A model generated the notes under the pieces. The model saw only the letters and a program-made list of their open reading frames with translations. It did no database searches and had not been told where the DNA came from. DNA of 64,000 nucleotides from Candidatus Culexarchaeum nevadense (GTDB taxonomy: Archaea > Thermoproteota > Methanomethylicia > Culexarchaeales > Culexarchaeaceae). A program made the position numbers and the translations under genes. The stretch is taken from positions 108,283-172,282 of the forward strand of contig JANZKA010000001.1 of the NCBI GenBank assembly GCA_025060975.1. The letters run 5' to 3'. Each line of letters starts with the position of its first letter. Position 1 is the stretch's first letter. Positions 34,905-43,958 of this stretch are shown in pieces.

Positions 34905-36521
34905 TTATAATTGGCTAATAGTTTTAGTAACAACATTTAATAAAGGAAAGCGATTAACAAATACTTTTAATTTAATATTTTTGTTTTTCAAAAGTTTAAT
35001 TATCTTCTTCATAGATGCTAATGTAATCGCTGTTGTATCAAAAAGTACTATTGCTTTGACATAATTATTTTTCTCCAACAATATTTTTAATGCTGATATT
35101 ACTACCCTTTCTGATTCAATGTTTATTTTACGTGCTTTTTCATATTGAGAAAGAGGGTAAACGTTAATCAGTTCTAATGGAATTATCCCAAATGGAGGAC
35201 CATAAATACATATGTGAAAGCCTTTGAGAGAAAGATCATCATCTAATTTTGATAGTGTTATAAGTTGCTTTAGTAGATATAATGAATATTTACGTGATTT
35301 TTCTCCCTTGTCCGGTATAAGTATTAATGTAGTTTTGTCTGGAAATGATACATTTTTCTTTAATTTTAGTAAATGTCTCGTGACTTCAGGTCTTATAAGA
35401 CCTTCAGAAGAAATATAGAAGATACCTCTAGTTACGCTTTTAATTATTGGATCGTATTTTTCAATAATAAATCTATACTTTTTTAATTTAAGTAACGCAT
35501 TAAAAAGTCGAGGGTGAGATTTTGCTTTTACTTCTATGAGTTCCCACAAACGTCCTTCATAAATTGCTTGTTTTATTTGATTCATTTCATTACATATAAT
35601 CCATAAATTATGTTTTGCTAACAGTTTTTCACGTTCAAATTTACTCATTTCTAGCAAATCATTAACTTCATATTTTTTACAGACATCACAAAAACAGGGC
35701 AAATATTTAAGGTTTGATAACTTAATAGTACCATAAGAAGTCATGTAACGATCATCTTTTGCAAAAAGTGCATAAGATGCTGAATCAAAGGTATCACACC
35801 CCAATGCCACCAGAAATGGTAATAGTATAGGATGACCAGCCCCGAAAAGATGCAAAGGACCATCTTTTGGTAAGGACATTTTTATAGTCATAATAATGTC
35901 AACAAGGTCTTCAAATGCATAGCTCTTCATGTATTGTGTTGGTCCACCTACACCATACATTTTAATTGAAGGAAATTGACTCATTTTTACAGTGCATTCT
36001 TTAACCAAATCTAGGTACTTACCTCCTTGTATTGGTCCAACCCAAATTATGTCATCTCTTGTCTTCATTTGCTCCAATATCATAGCATTATTTAATGTAG
36101 CAAGAACGGTTTTTTCGGCTTCAACTTTTGTGTAAGTTTTCAATGTAGGAATATCTAAGATAACAGAAATATCACTATTCAATTTTTCCTGAAAAATTAT
36201 GGCTTCTTCAGGATTAAAGGAGATATTACCATAACTTAGTATTTGATAAGCGCCAGAATCCGTCATTACTATTCCATCAAAATTCAGTAAAAGATGTACA
36301 TCATTCATATGTAGGAGCCCTCTTTCTATTGCTTGCTTTATTAGGTACGAATTTATCATTAGCTGCTTTATTTTAAAGTGCTCTTTTATACTCGCTACGT
36401 CAATAATGTTTTTTACTGGGTCAATTACTGGAAAAAATGCAGGGGTGTGTAACACCCCACTTTTCGTCTTTAATTTACCGATTCTACCCATTAAATCTCG
36501 ATCCACTATTTCAAATGACAT
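34905..36521 (-). CDS. tgtA: archaeosine tRNA-guanine(15) transglycosylase (arcTGT)
   Basis: 538 aa. TGT catalytic motifs (VMTDSGAYQ, Zn site CFCDVCKKY) with C-terminal extension domains. Confidence 0.85.
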   Translation of the reverse strand: MSFEIVDRDLMGRIGKLKTKSGVLHTPAFFPVIDPVKNIIDVASIKEHFKIKQLMINSYLIKQAIERGLLHMNDVHLLLNFDGIVMTDSGAYQILSYGNISFNPEEAIIFQEKLNSDISVILDIPTLKTYTKVEAEKTVLATLNNAMILEQMKTRDDIIWVGPIQGGKYLDLVKECTVKMSQFPSIKMYGVGGPTQYMKSYAFEDLVDIIMTIKMSLPKDGPLHLFGAGHPILLPFLVALGCDTFDSASYALFAKDDRYMTSYGTIKLSNLKYLPCFCDVCKKYEVNDLLEMSKFEREKLLAKHNLWIICNEMNQIKQAIYEGRLWELIEVKAKSHPRLFNALLKLKKYRFIIEKYDPIIKSVTRGIFYISSEGLIRPEVTRHLLKLKKNVSFPDKTTLILIPDKGEKSRKYSLYLLKQLITLSKLDDDLSLKGFHICIYGPPFGIIPLELINVYPLSQYEKARKINIESERVVISALKILLEKNNYVKAIVLFDTTAITLASMKKIIKLLKNKNIKLKVFVNRFPLLNVVTKTISQL

Positions 36522-36967
36522 TAAGCTTCACTTTTCCCTCTTTCTTGTATAAATTGTTCATACACTTTCTTCACTTTTTCTGCTATTACACCACTTCCTT
36601 CAATTACCCCATCTTCAGTTACTCTCACTTTATCCATAACGATTATCACGCCAGCGTCTTCAAGTAATGTTACATTATTTGGGAATAGTTTTTCTAATCG
36701 TTGAGCTAGTCCTTTCAGATCAAATGGTTCCTCTTCTCTTATTATTTCGGAGATTACTTCTCCCCTCACGAGTATTCTTGCATAGTAATTGTTCTCTTCG
36801 TCCTTGGCATTCGAAAGAATTATGTTTAATGAGTTTGGGTCATATCCTATAAGTTTCCCACGAAATTTCTTGTTATAAACTGTTCTTACACTTACGTTCT
36901 TATCTAGCAGAGATGCAAGTTCCCTTAAATACCTTGTCATGCTTGGAGTAACAGGACCACTCATCAA
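36521..36967 (-). CDS. Sm-like (LSm) protein with C-terminal extension domain (SmAP3-like)
   Basis: Sm motifs in the N-terminal half (NVSVRTVYNKKFRGKLIGYDPNSLNIIL). About 70 aa extra at the C-terminus. Confidence 0.55.
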   Translation of the reverse strand: MMSGPVTPSMTRYLRELASLLDKNVSVRTVYNKKFRGKLIGYDPNSLNIILSNAKDEENNYYARILVRGEVISEIIREEEPFDLKGLAQRLEKLFPNNVTLLEDAGVIIVMDKVRVTEDGVIEGSGVIAEKVKKVYEQFIQERGKSEA

Positions 36968-37205
36968 ACTATTCCTCCAAAAATAAAAATTTAAAAATAT
37001 AATTTATATTTTTGTTTAATGCTTTGCCGAGCGGCATAAAGATTTAGATTTATAATTACTTCATTTTCGTTAACCACTCACATATACATTATGATTAGTT
37101 AAAATTCACTTTTAAAATAAGTAATTATACAAATATTAATTTAAAATATACAATATTGTAAGAAAAAATTTATTATGTTATAAACGATTATAATTTTGAA
37201 CCTTT

Positions 37206-38180
37206 ATGGAAGACAATGAAGGGGTAACTAAATGTAAAGAGTGTGGTGGTAGACTAATAATTTCAGATTATGGAGAATTAGTGTGTTTAGAATGTGGTCT
37301 TGTCCATGAAAGGGTTTATCTTCAACCATTATTTGAAATAGAACCATTATCCGATTTTTCTGCTGTTGAAAAACTTTATGTGAGCCCTGATGGAAAACCT
37401 TTAAGAAAAGAAGATTTAGGTTCCACATTTATTAATGTAAAGGGAAAACTCAAAGATAGTAAAGGAAGGGGGATAAATGAACAACGTTTTTTAAGATTAG
37501 GAAAGGTGAATACAATCTATGTTAGAAAACATGATAAAAGTCTAAATGCAGTTATGACTTTACTTAGAGTATGCTCATTACTGAATATACCAAAAAGTGT
37601 TTATGAAAGAGCAGGGTACATTTGTAATAAAATATTAAATGATAAAAAGAAGATTGGTACAACATATCAATTGGCAGCAGCATCATTAATCGTAGCATCC
37701 AGAGAACAAAAATATCCCTTAACTTTAAAAGATGTCGTGAAGATTTTCCGTGAATTAGGGCATAAGATTTCAGTAAAATCCATAATGCGCATAACTTCCA
37801 ATATTTTACGTGAATTCTCTGTAAAGAGCATAACCATGGAGCCTAAAGATTATTTAACTAAAATAATACACATTTTAAAAAGTAATGAAGAAATCAATAG
37901 AAGAGTAATTTATTCCACTGGTAGAAAGCCAGAGGAATACTATAACAGTTTAATGAACTGTTCTCTCTCAATTTATGAAAAAATAGACGAAAAATTTAGA
38001 ATTGGGAAGAACCCATACTTGCTAGCAGTGTCAATTGTCTACTTTGCAGACAAACTATTATGTAAAAAATTAAATTGCCAACAAATTTTGTCTCAGAAAC
38101 TAATTTCTGAAGTTTTGGGATCAACACAGTATACTCTTAGACAACATATGAAGTACTTAAATAGATTAATAGAAAATTGA
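37206..38180 (+). CDS. divergent TFB/TFIIB-family transcription factor paralog
   Basis: N-terminal Zn ribbon (CKECGGRLIISDYGELVCLECGLV), two cyclin-like repeats and a C-terminal HTH-like segment (GSTQYTLRQHMKYL). B-reader/linker region atypical. Confidence 0.65.
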   Translation: MEDNEGVTKCKECGGRLIISDYGELVCLECGLVHERVYLQPLFEIEPLSDFSAVEKLYVSPDGKPLRKEDLGSTFINVKGKLKDSKGRGINEQRFLRLGKVNTIYVRKHDKSLNAVMTLLRVCSLLNIPKSVYERAGYICNKILNDKKKIGTTYQLAAASLIVASREQKYPLTLKDVVKIFRELGHKISVKSIMRITSNILREFSVKSITMEPKDYLTKIIHILKSNEEINRRVIYSTGRKPEEYYNSLMNCSLSIYEKIDEKFRIGKNPYLLAVSIVYFADKLLCKKLNCQQILSQKLISEVLGSTQYTLRQHMKYLNRLIEN

Positions 38181-38270
38181 AGTTGAGTGAGAGAAGTGAT
38201 GATCAATCACTGACTGATATTCTTACTACAAGCATTAAAATATAAAAATAACTGCTATTAATAAAGGGCA

Positions 38271-40232
38271 TTGGAAGTATTACTAAAACCTCCAAGGATA
38301 ATGTACGTGCAAAAGAAGAGTGTTATAGTTTCTTTTCATGATGAAATGAATATCAGTGAGAACATAATGTATGGCGATTTCTTTAGCAATTTAACTCTGA
38401 TTATTAGCTCATTGCTACCATTACATTTTTACAATTTAAATTTAATAGACATAGATGGTATTAATGGTTATTTGAGAAAAAATATTAAAAGTATTCTTAA
38501 ATATACGGAGTTGCTGTTTAAAATACGTTTTTCAGAGAAAAATATCATAAACCTAGTTTTCAAAACAAATTTGAAAGATAAATTTCAAATTTATCCAACT
38601 GCTGGAACATTCTTTAATCCACCACTTAGTGATTACGAGAAGGAAATCGTAGAAAGGGAAATAAATTATTTACCAAAAGATTTAAAGAAGCTAATAAAGA
38701 GGCTTATAATTTACTCAAATGTTTTTAAGAGAACAGTGAAAATACGTGAATTGAAAAATAAAGAAGAGGAATACTTGTTGAACAAGAAAATGGATTTTGA
38801 TACGTATACAGTTAACATTTTTGATGTAAGTAGATGTGTTGATAAAGAAAGAGTAAAAGTTTATTACAATATTAAGGTTAATGAATCAAACATAAAACTA
38901 ATACCAGTTATATGGTGTTTAACAACATTTTTAGAGATCAGCATTCCAAATTATAACACAAAATTTGGACCGGGATTTATTGAGGAATTAATGAGGTATC
39001 GAGAAAGTATTGCGAGAAAGATACTAAGAGAAAACTTTATTGAAATACCAGAAAATCTGCATGAAAAACTGTGTATCGCATCAAATCTAGCGGCTATGGG
39101 CATGTTTAAATTAACACCCCTTATCCTAGATGACAATGTAGAGGAAATATACATAGACGGCCCTGAAAAAAATATATATCTAGATCATAGCGAATGGGGA
39201 AGATGTGAAACAAAAATATCATTGAATGAAAATGAAATGAGATGTTTAGCAACTTACATAAAAGCTGAAAGTGGCTTACCATTAGATTATGCTTCACCTA
39301 CGATAAAAACGGATTTAAACACCAGATTTTTCAAGTTGAGAATAAATGTTGACACATATCCACTAGTAGACACAAATTATGTATTTATAATTAGAAAATT
39401 TAGAAGGGAACCTTTAACAATAATAGACTTATTAAGAAAGGGGACTCTCACAATAGATGCTCTCACATACCTTTTGATAGCCTTATTTCATAAACGTAAC
39501 ATTCTTGTTGTTGGGGAACCATCTTCTGGAAAAACAACCTTAATAAACGCACTAGATATGGTTGCACCATCGTATTGGAGGAGGATATCTGTGGAAGAAG
39601 TTGTTGAAAGTTTGAATTTAACAAAGTATGGCAAACATGATATAAAGTACAGAGTAGACTCGTTTGACCAAGATCCATCTAGTAGAAGAAGATTCGTGGA
39701 GACCATCAAGTTGCTACATAGATCACCAAACTATATATTCTTTGGAGAACTCCTAACACCAGATCATGTTTCAATATTTCTCCAATCATTAGAAGCAGGA
39801 TTACATGGCATTCAAACAACACACGCTAATTCCCCTGAAGCATTAATAAGGAAGTGGATATTTCATTATAAGTTACCTATACAATCAATAGGAAATTTAG
39901 ATGTAATAGTACATATGAAGAGAAAATTATCTTACAATGAGAATAGAAGGTTTGTATATAGAATAGTTGAACCTATTGTAAAGGATGATGAAAAAGAATG
40001 TAAAATTGAGTTATCAGACTTGTTCATCTACAATGAAGGTTTAAAATTGGTTAAGGACTTGAAAGAGTCATTTGTATTTAAAAAAATAGTAAAGGAAGAG
40101 CATGTATCTATCGAGGATCTTTATGAGGAATATACATCATTTAAACAGTTAATAAATCAGCTTCTAGAAAAAGACGGTGAATTAATAAGTATAATTCAAG
40201 CATTTGATAAAATGTCAACTTTTAGGGCATGA
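38271..40232 (+). CDS. type IV filament secretion ATPase (FlaI/CpaF/VirB11 family) with ~280-aa N-terminal extension
   Basis: Walker A VVGEPSSGKTTLINAL, Walker B/Asp box NYIFFGELL and His box GIQTTHANSP. Confidence 0.8.
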   Translation: MEVLLKPPRIMYVQKKSVIVSFHDEMNISENIMYGDFFSNLTLIISSLLPLHFYNLNLIDIDGINGYLRKNIKSILKYTELLFKIRFSEKNIINLVFKTNLKDKFQIYPTAGTFFNPPLSDYEKEIVEREINYLPKDLKKLIKRLIIYSNVFKRTVKIRELKNKEEEYLLNKKMDFDTYTVNIFDVSRCVDKERVKVYYNIKVNESNIKLIPVIWCLTTFLEISIPNYNTKFGPGFIEELMRYRESIARKILRENFIEIPENLHEKLCIASNLAAMGMFKLTPLILDDNVEEIYIDGPEKNIYLDHSEWGRCETKISLNENEMRCLATYIKAESGLPLDYASPTIKTDLNTRFFKLRINVDTYPLVDTNYVFIIRKFRREPLTIIDLLRKGTLTIDALTYLLIALFHKRNILVVGEPSSGKTTLINALDMVAPSYWRRISVEEVVESLNLTKYGKHDIKYRVDSFDQDPSSRRRFVETIKLLHRSPNYIFFGELLTPDHVSIFLQSLEAGLHGIQTTHANSPEALIRKWIFHYKLPIQSIGNLDVIVHMKRKLSYNENRRFVYRIVEPIVKDDEKECKIELSDLFIYNEGLKLVKDLKESFVFKKIVKEEHVSIEDLYEEYTSFKQLINQLLEKDGELISIIQAFDKMSTFRA

Positions 40233-40253
40233 CTTTAGTAAGAGGGTATGTAA

Positions 40254-41090
40254 ATGTTTTTTAGGGTTTTTTCATCATTTCAACCACCATTTTTCAAAAA
40301 ACTTTTAAGAAAGCATGTTCCTCAACTGTTCACTGAGTCTATTAATTTTTTGAAGAATAAATATGAAAAATTTGAAGTATCATCTGAAGATGTTTATGCA
40401 AATATCATAGTTTCTTTACTAGTAATTTCGGGAGTAGTATTGCTCATAAGCATCAATTTTGTAAAGGATACTGTGATTTCATTTTTGATAACTCTATTCT
40501 TTACGATTTGCATTTATATTTTGATATACTATGAAATCGTGGGGGAGTATAATCATGATAGATTCCTAATACATATGTACAAGTTCATGGCATTTAGAGA
40601 CATGGTATTGGCTTATAAATCCACAAACTCCATTTTTGAAGCTATAAATTTTGTCGCATGTGGGAACTATCCAATAATTTCAACCAATTTTGAAGTAATA
40701 CTTAAAAATATTATAAATGGATTTGATCCGGAAAAATTTTCAAGCGAAGCAACAGAGTTAAAGATTATTAGTTCATTACTAAACGAAATGTTAGTAAATG
40801 TAAAAAATGCAGAGAAAAGTAAAGAATACATGTCGGCAAAGGATGTGTTAAATGCATACGAGAAATTGTTTTCCAAAATAGAAGCCTATTGCTTATTTTT
40901 ATTATTCATTGGAATGCTACTTCCATTATCGTTGATGTTTATCATTCCACATCTTAATAGATTTTTCCCAATAACTTTTATAATGCCATTATTTGTTTTA
41001 CTCCAAATTATAAGCTTGATTGTATTATCGAGAATTCTATTATCAAATATTCATGTTGCACTAGGAGGAGGATCTCATGAAAATCTATGA
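40254..41090 (+). CDS. TadB-like (T2SS-F/GspF-domain) platform membrane protein
   Basis: Single T2SSF-like cytoplasmic domain between TM helices. Stop overlaps the next start (ATGA-type coupling). Confidence 0.6.
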   Translation: MFFRVFSSFQPPFFKKLLRKHVPQLFTESINFLKNKYEKFEVSSEDVYANIIVSLLVISGVVLLISINFVKDTVISFLITLFFTICIYILIYYEIVGEYNHDRFLIHMYKFMAFRDMVLAYKSTNSIFEAINFVACGNYPIISTNFEVILKNIINGFDPEKFSSEATELKIISSLLNEMLVNVKNAEKSKEYMSAKDVLNAYEKLFSKIEAYCLFLLFIGMLLPLSLMFIIPHLNRFFPITFIMPLFVLLQIISLIVLSRILLSNIHVALGGGSHENL

Positions 41091-41826
41091 TACCCCATTA
41101 ATATCATTAACCATATTCGTAACTTTTCTTGTCATAATATTTCTTGTAAAAAAGAAGGAAATTAAGAAACAAATTAACGTGAGAGAGAGTTTAAATGAAA
41201 GTCTTAAACTTGAAAATTTCATAACGTTGTTCATAAATAATTTGAAGGCTAATAGAGGTGCGGAATGGGCATTACTATCTACTTTGAATGAATATCCTGA
41301 GGACGAGATTCGATCACTAATAATACAAAACATCACTATAGGATCCTCGATTGAAGAAATTTTTGAAAATTTATCGAATACTTTTTCGATGGAAGAAAGT
41401 AAACGAATGTTAAGGATTATTTCAAGAATGATCTCACATAATTTAAAGTATTTCACATATTCCCTTTCTTCTGACATATTGGATTATGTAAGAGAGTCAA
41501 TTCGATTAAAAAATCATATAGAAGCATTGTTATTTAGAACAAGGATTAAGGTATTAGTACTTTCATTTTCTCTATCAGCGGTTTTAGCGTTTCTTTCAAA
41601 AATTTTACCGTTTATTTTAGCGTTCTTTATCAGTGAAAACATGATTTTAAACGATATAAACTTTCTATCGTTGCTGACTTTCTATTCATTCCTCTCAGTA
41701 TCACTATACGATACATATATTGTTTCAAAGGCAGTCTTTTATTCCCATAGCGTTCTACTATCAATACTTTCGGCGTTAACCTTTGTTTTTTTACATACAT
41801 TTCTCCCAAACATATATAGTATTTAA
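41077..41826 (+). CDS. TadC-like (T2SS-F/GspF-domain) platform membrane protein
   Basis: N-terminal TM helix, soluble T2SSF-like domain and several C-terminal TM helices. Confidence 0.6.
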   Translation: MKIYDTPLISLTIFVTFLVIIFLVKKKEIKKQINVRESLNESLKLENFITLFINNLKANRGAEWALLSTLNEYPEDEIRSLIIQNITIGSSIEEIFENLSNTFSMEESKRMLRIISRMISHNLKYFTYSLSSDILDYVRESIRLKNHIEALLFRTRIKVLVLSFSLSAVLAFLSKILPFILAFFISENMILNDINFLSLLTFYSFLSVSLYDTYIVSKAVFYSHSVLLSILSALTFVFLHTFLPNIYSI

Positions 41827-41856
41827 ATACCGTAGGGAATCTTCAAAATAAGGGTA

Positions 41857-42090
41857 GTGAAACGCTTTTCAAAATATAGTAAGAGAGTGAAAGGTTCTCC
41901 ATTATTGGAAGAAGGATTACTTATAGCATTGGCAGTAATAACTATGTCTGTAGTATTTTCAATGGTGTTAGGAATATTGGATGGTGTGCAAAAAGTCATT
42001 CAGAATTTAGGATTTAACACTCAGAATTTTATGAATTCATTAAATGATCTATGGAATAAGATAATTTCATTTTTGGGATTGGGTGGTTGA
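41857..42090 (+). CDS. Flp-like prepilin (class III signal peptide)
   Basis: 77 aa. Basic leader ending KG then SPLLEEGLLIALAVITMSVVF (Glu at +5 and a hydrophobic helix), resembling the Flp G/xxxxEY pattern. Confidence 0.55.
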   Translation: MKRFSKYSKRVKGSPLLEEGLLIALAVITMSVVFSMVLGILDGVQKVIQNLGFNTQNFMNSLNDLWNKIISFLGLGG

Positions 42091-42681
42091 GAATTTTAAT
42101 AGGTATTCATTTAAAACTCCCTCTTTTTCTAATGTTTCGAACCAATTAATGTATTTTTGATTGCTACTATCTGGAATTGATAACTTCTTAAGTATTTCAT
42201 TTACCACATCATCAATTTCCTTATTAGTTACATCGATCTCTACAATTTTTTCGGAACCGTATCGTTCTATTACATTAATAAGACAAGTGTCAAGCAATTC
42301 TGCCATTACATTTTCATACACTTTCTTATCATCCCATCCTCTTTGCTTTAATACCATTTCCAGCTTTCTCGGATGTAACCTTAATACAAAAGCTTGAAGA
42401 ACATATTGTGGAGGAACTATATCAGCATAATGTCCTTCTACAATTATTAAGTTTTTACTTTCATTTATTTTTTGGAGAAGTTTATTTATTAGAAGATCAT
42501 TGTTTGGTACGAGAGAATTTCGTTCAGGGTCGTTACTCTCAATCAAGTTTTCCTCTATTACAAATTTAGATAAATCTATGTGAAGCGCATTTAAGATTTC
42601 ACTGAGTTTTCTACTTATTGAGGTCTTTCCCGTACCTGGACATCCTTGAATAATGATTACCTTTTCTTCCATAACTGTCAA
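42067..42681 (-). CDS. adenylate kinase-like NTPase (AK6/Fap7 family)
   Basis: P-loop GCPGTGKTS at the N-terminus. Size and profile match archaeal Fap7-like kinases. Confidence 0.6.
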   Translation of the reverse strand: MTVMEEKVIIIQGCPGTGKTSISRKLSEILNALHIDLSKFVIEENLIESNDPERNSLVPNNDLLINKLLQKINESKNLIIVEGHYADIVPPQYVLQAFVLRLHPRKLEMVLKQRGWDDKKVYENVMAELLDTCLINVIERYGSEKIVEIDVTNKEIDDVVNEILKKLSIPDSSNQKYINWFETLEKEGVLNEYLLKFSTTQSQK

Positions 42682-42732
42682 TAACTTAGGAGAAATTAAG
42701 ATATAAATTTAACAATGCGCTGAATTTTAATT

Positions 42733-43017
42733 ATGCCTAAGTTTATGAGTATAAGGAATATTTTAAATAGAATATGTTGGCATCCTAGTGAAAATAGAGA
42801 AGATTATGAAATCCTTTTCATTCATAGAGGAGCACCAAATGATTTAAGGAGTATATCAGCAAAGACGATAGTAAGTGTGAGAAAACAAAGTTTTGAATAT
42901 AAAGAAAATGATGGAAGTATAGTCTACATCCCCTTTCATCGAATTGTAATGATAAGAAATATAAAAACTAGGGAAATAATCTGGAGGAGTAGAAGTAAAG
43001 TATATTTTAAAGCATGA
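42733..43017 (+). CDS. DUF504/UPF0248-like small conserved protein
   Basis: 94 aa. IPFHRIVMI motif typical of the family. Confidence 0.45.
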   Translation: MPKFMSIRNILNRICWHPSENREDYEILFIHRGAPNDLRSISAKTIVSVRKQSFEYKENDGSIVYIPFHRIVMIRNIKTREIIWRSRSKVYFKA

Positions 43018-43039
43018 ACACTCTTAAAAATTATATGAT

Positions 43040-43588
43040 ATGTGTAATTGTAGTAGAGGTTTGTATGTTGGGCGATTCCAACCGTTTCATAATGGACATC
43101 TAGAATGTGTAAAATACGTCTTGGGTAAATGCAAAGAAATTATAATAGTAGTGGGTAGCGCACAAGCAAGCCATACATTCGAGAATCCATTTACCGCAGG
43201 AGAGAGAATTGAAATGATAAGATTAGCTCTTCAAGAAAGTGGTATTGACCTCAGTAAGTGCATTATAATACCGGTAGAGGATACTTTGAATAATAATCAT
43301 TCAATATGGGTTTCAAAGGTAAGAAGTATGACACCAAAATTTGATGTTGTTTTTTCAAATAGCCCTTTAACAAGGAAACTCTTTGAGGAAGAAGGATTTA
43401 AAGTTGAAGGACTTCCATATATAAATAGGGAACATTATTCTGGGAAAAACATTAGAAAATTAATTGTAAGTGGAGAGGATTGGAGAAAATTTGTACCAAG
43501 AAGCGTTTATGATTACATAAAATTGATAAAGGGGGAAGAAAGGTTAAGAGATTTATCAAAAAGGGATTATGCGTGTCAGAGCTTTTAA
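43040..43588 (+). CDS. nadM: nicotinamide-nucleotide adenylyltransferase (archaeal NMNAT)
   Basis: GLYVGRFQPFHNGHL (H/T-x-G-H) motif and ISGEDWRKFVP-type C-terminus. Confidence 0.85.
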   Translation: MCNCSRGLYVGRFQPFHNGHLECVKYVLGKCKEIIIVVGSAQASHTFENPFTAGERIEMIRLALQESGIDLSKCIIIPVEDTLNNNHSIWVSKVRSMTPKFDVVFSNSPLTRKLFEEEGFKVEGLPYINREHYSGKNIRKLIVSGEDWRKFVPRSVYDYIKLIKGEERLRDLSKRDYACQSF

Positions 43589-43672
43589 CTTTCGTCATCG
43601 TATGATCACAACTAGGTACTCAGCCAGTTCATCATCCACATATTCAAATTTAAAGTAAACACTTTTTATAAT

Positions 43673-43891
43673 TTAATGTTCGAGCAAAGTTCTCCACGTA
43701 TTAACAATATCTTTAAATGAGTGTTCATCTATTTTTTGTATTGCAAATCCAGCATGAACAAGTACATAGTCATTTTCCTTTACATCATTTTTAACTAAGG
43801 TTATTATTATTTCTCTCTGAACACCGCCAAAATCAGCTATCGCTTTATCGTTATGAATTATCAATATTTTGGCAGGGACAGCTAAGCACAT
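43673..43891 (-). CDS. hypC: hydrogenase maturation factor HypC/HupF
   Basis: 72 aa beginning MCLAVPAKI, the HypC N-terminal signature with the essential Cys2. Confidence 0.75.
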   Translation of the reverse strand: MCLAVPAKILIIHNDKAIADFGGVQREIIITLVKNDVKENDYVLVHAGFAIQKIDEHSFKDIVNTWRTLLEH

Positions 43892-43958
43892 AAATATATC
43901 TCTATATAATAACTGGTTGTAACCAAAAAGTAATTAAGCATTTCTGTATTTTATTCCA

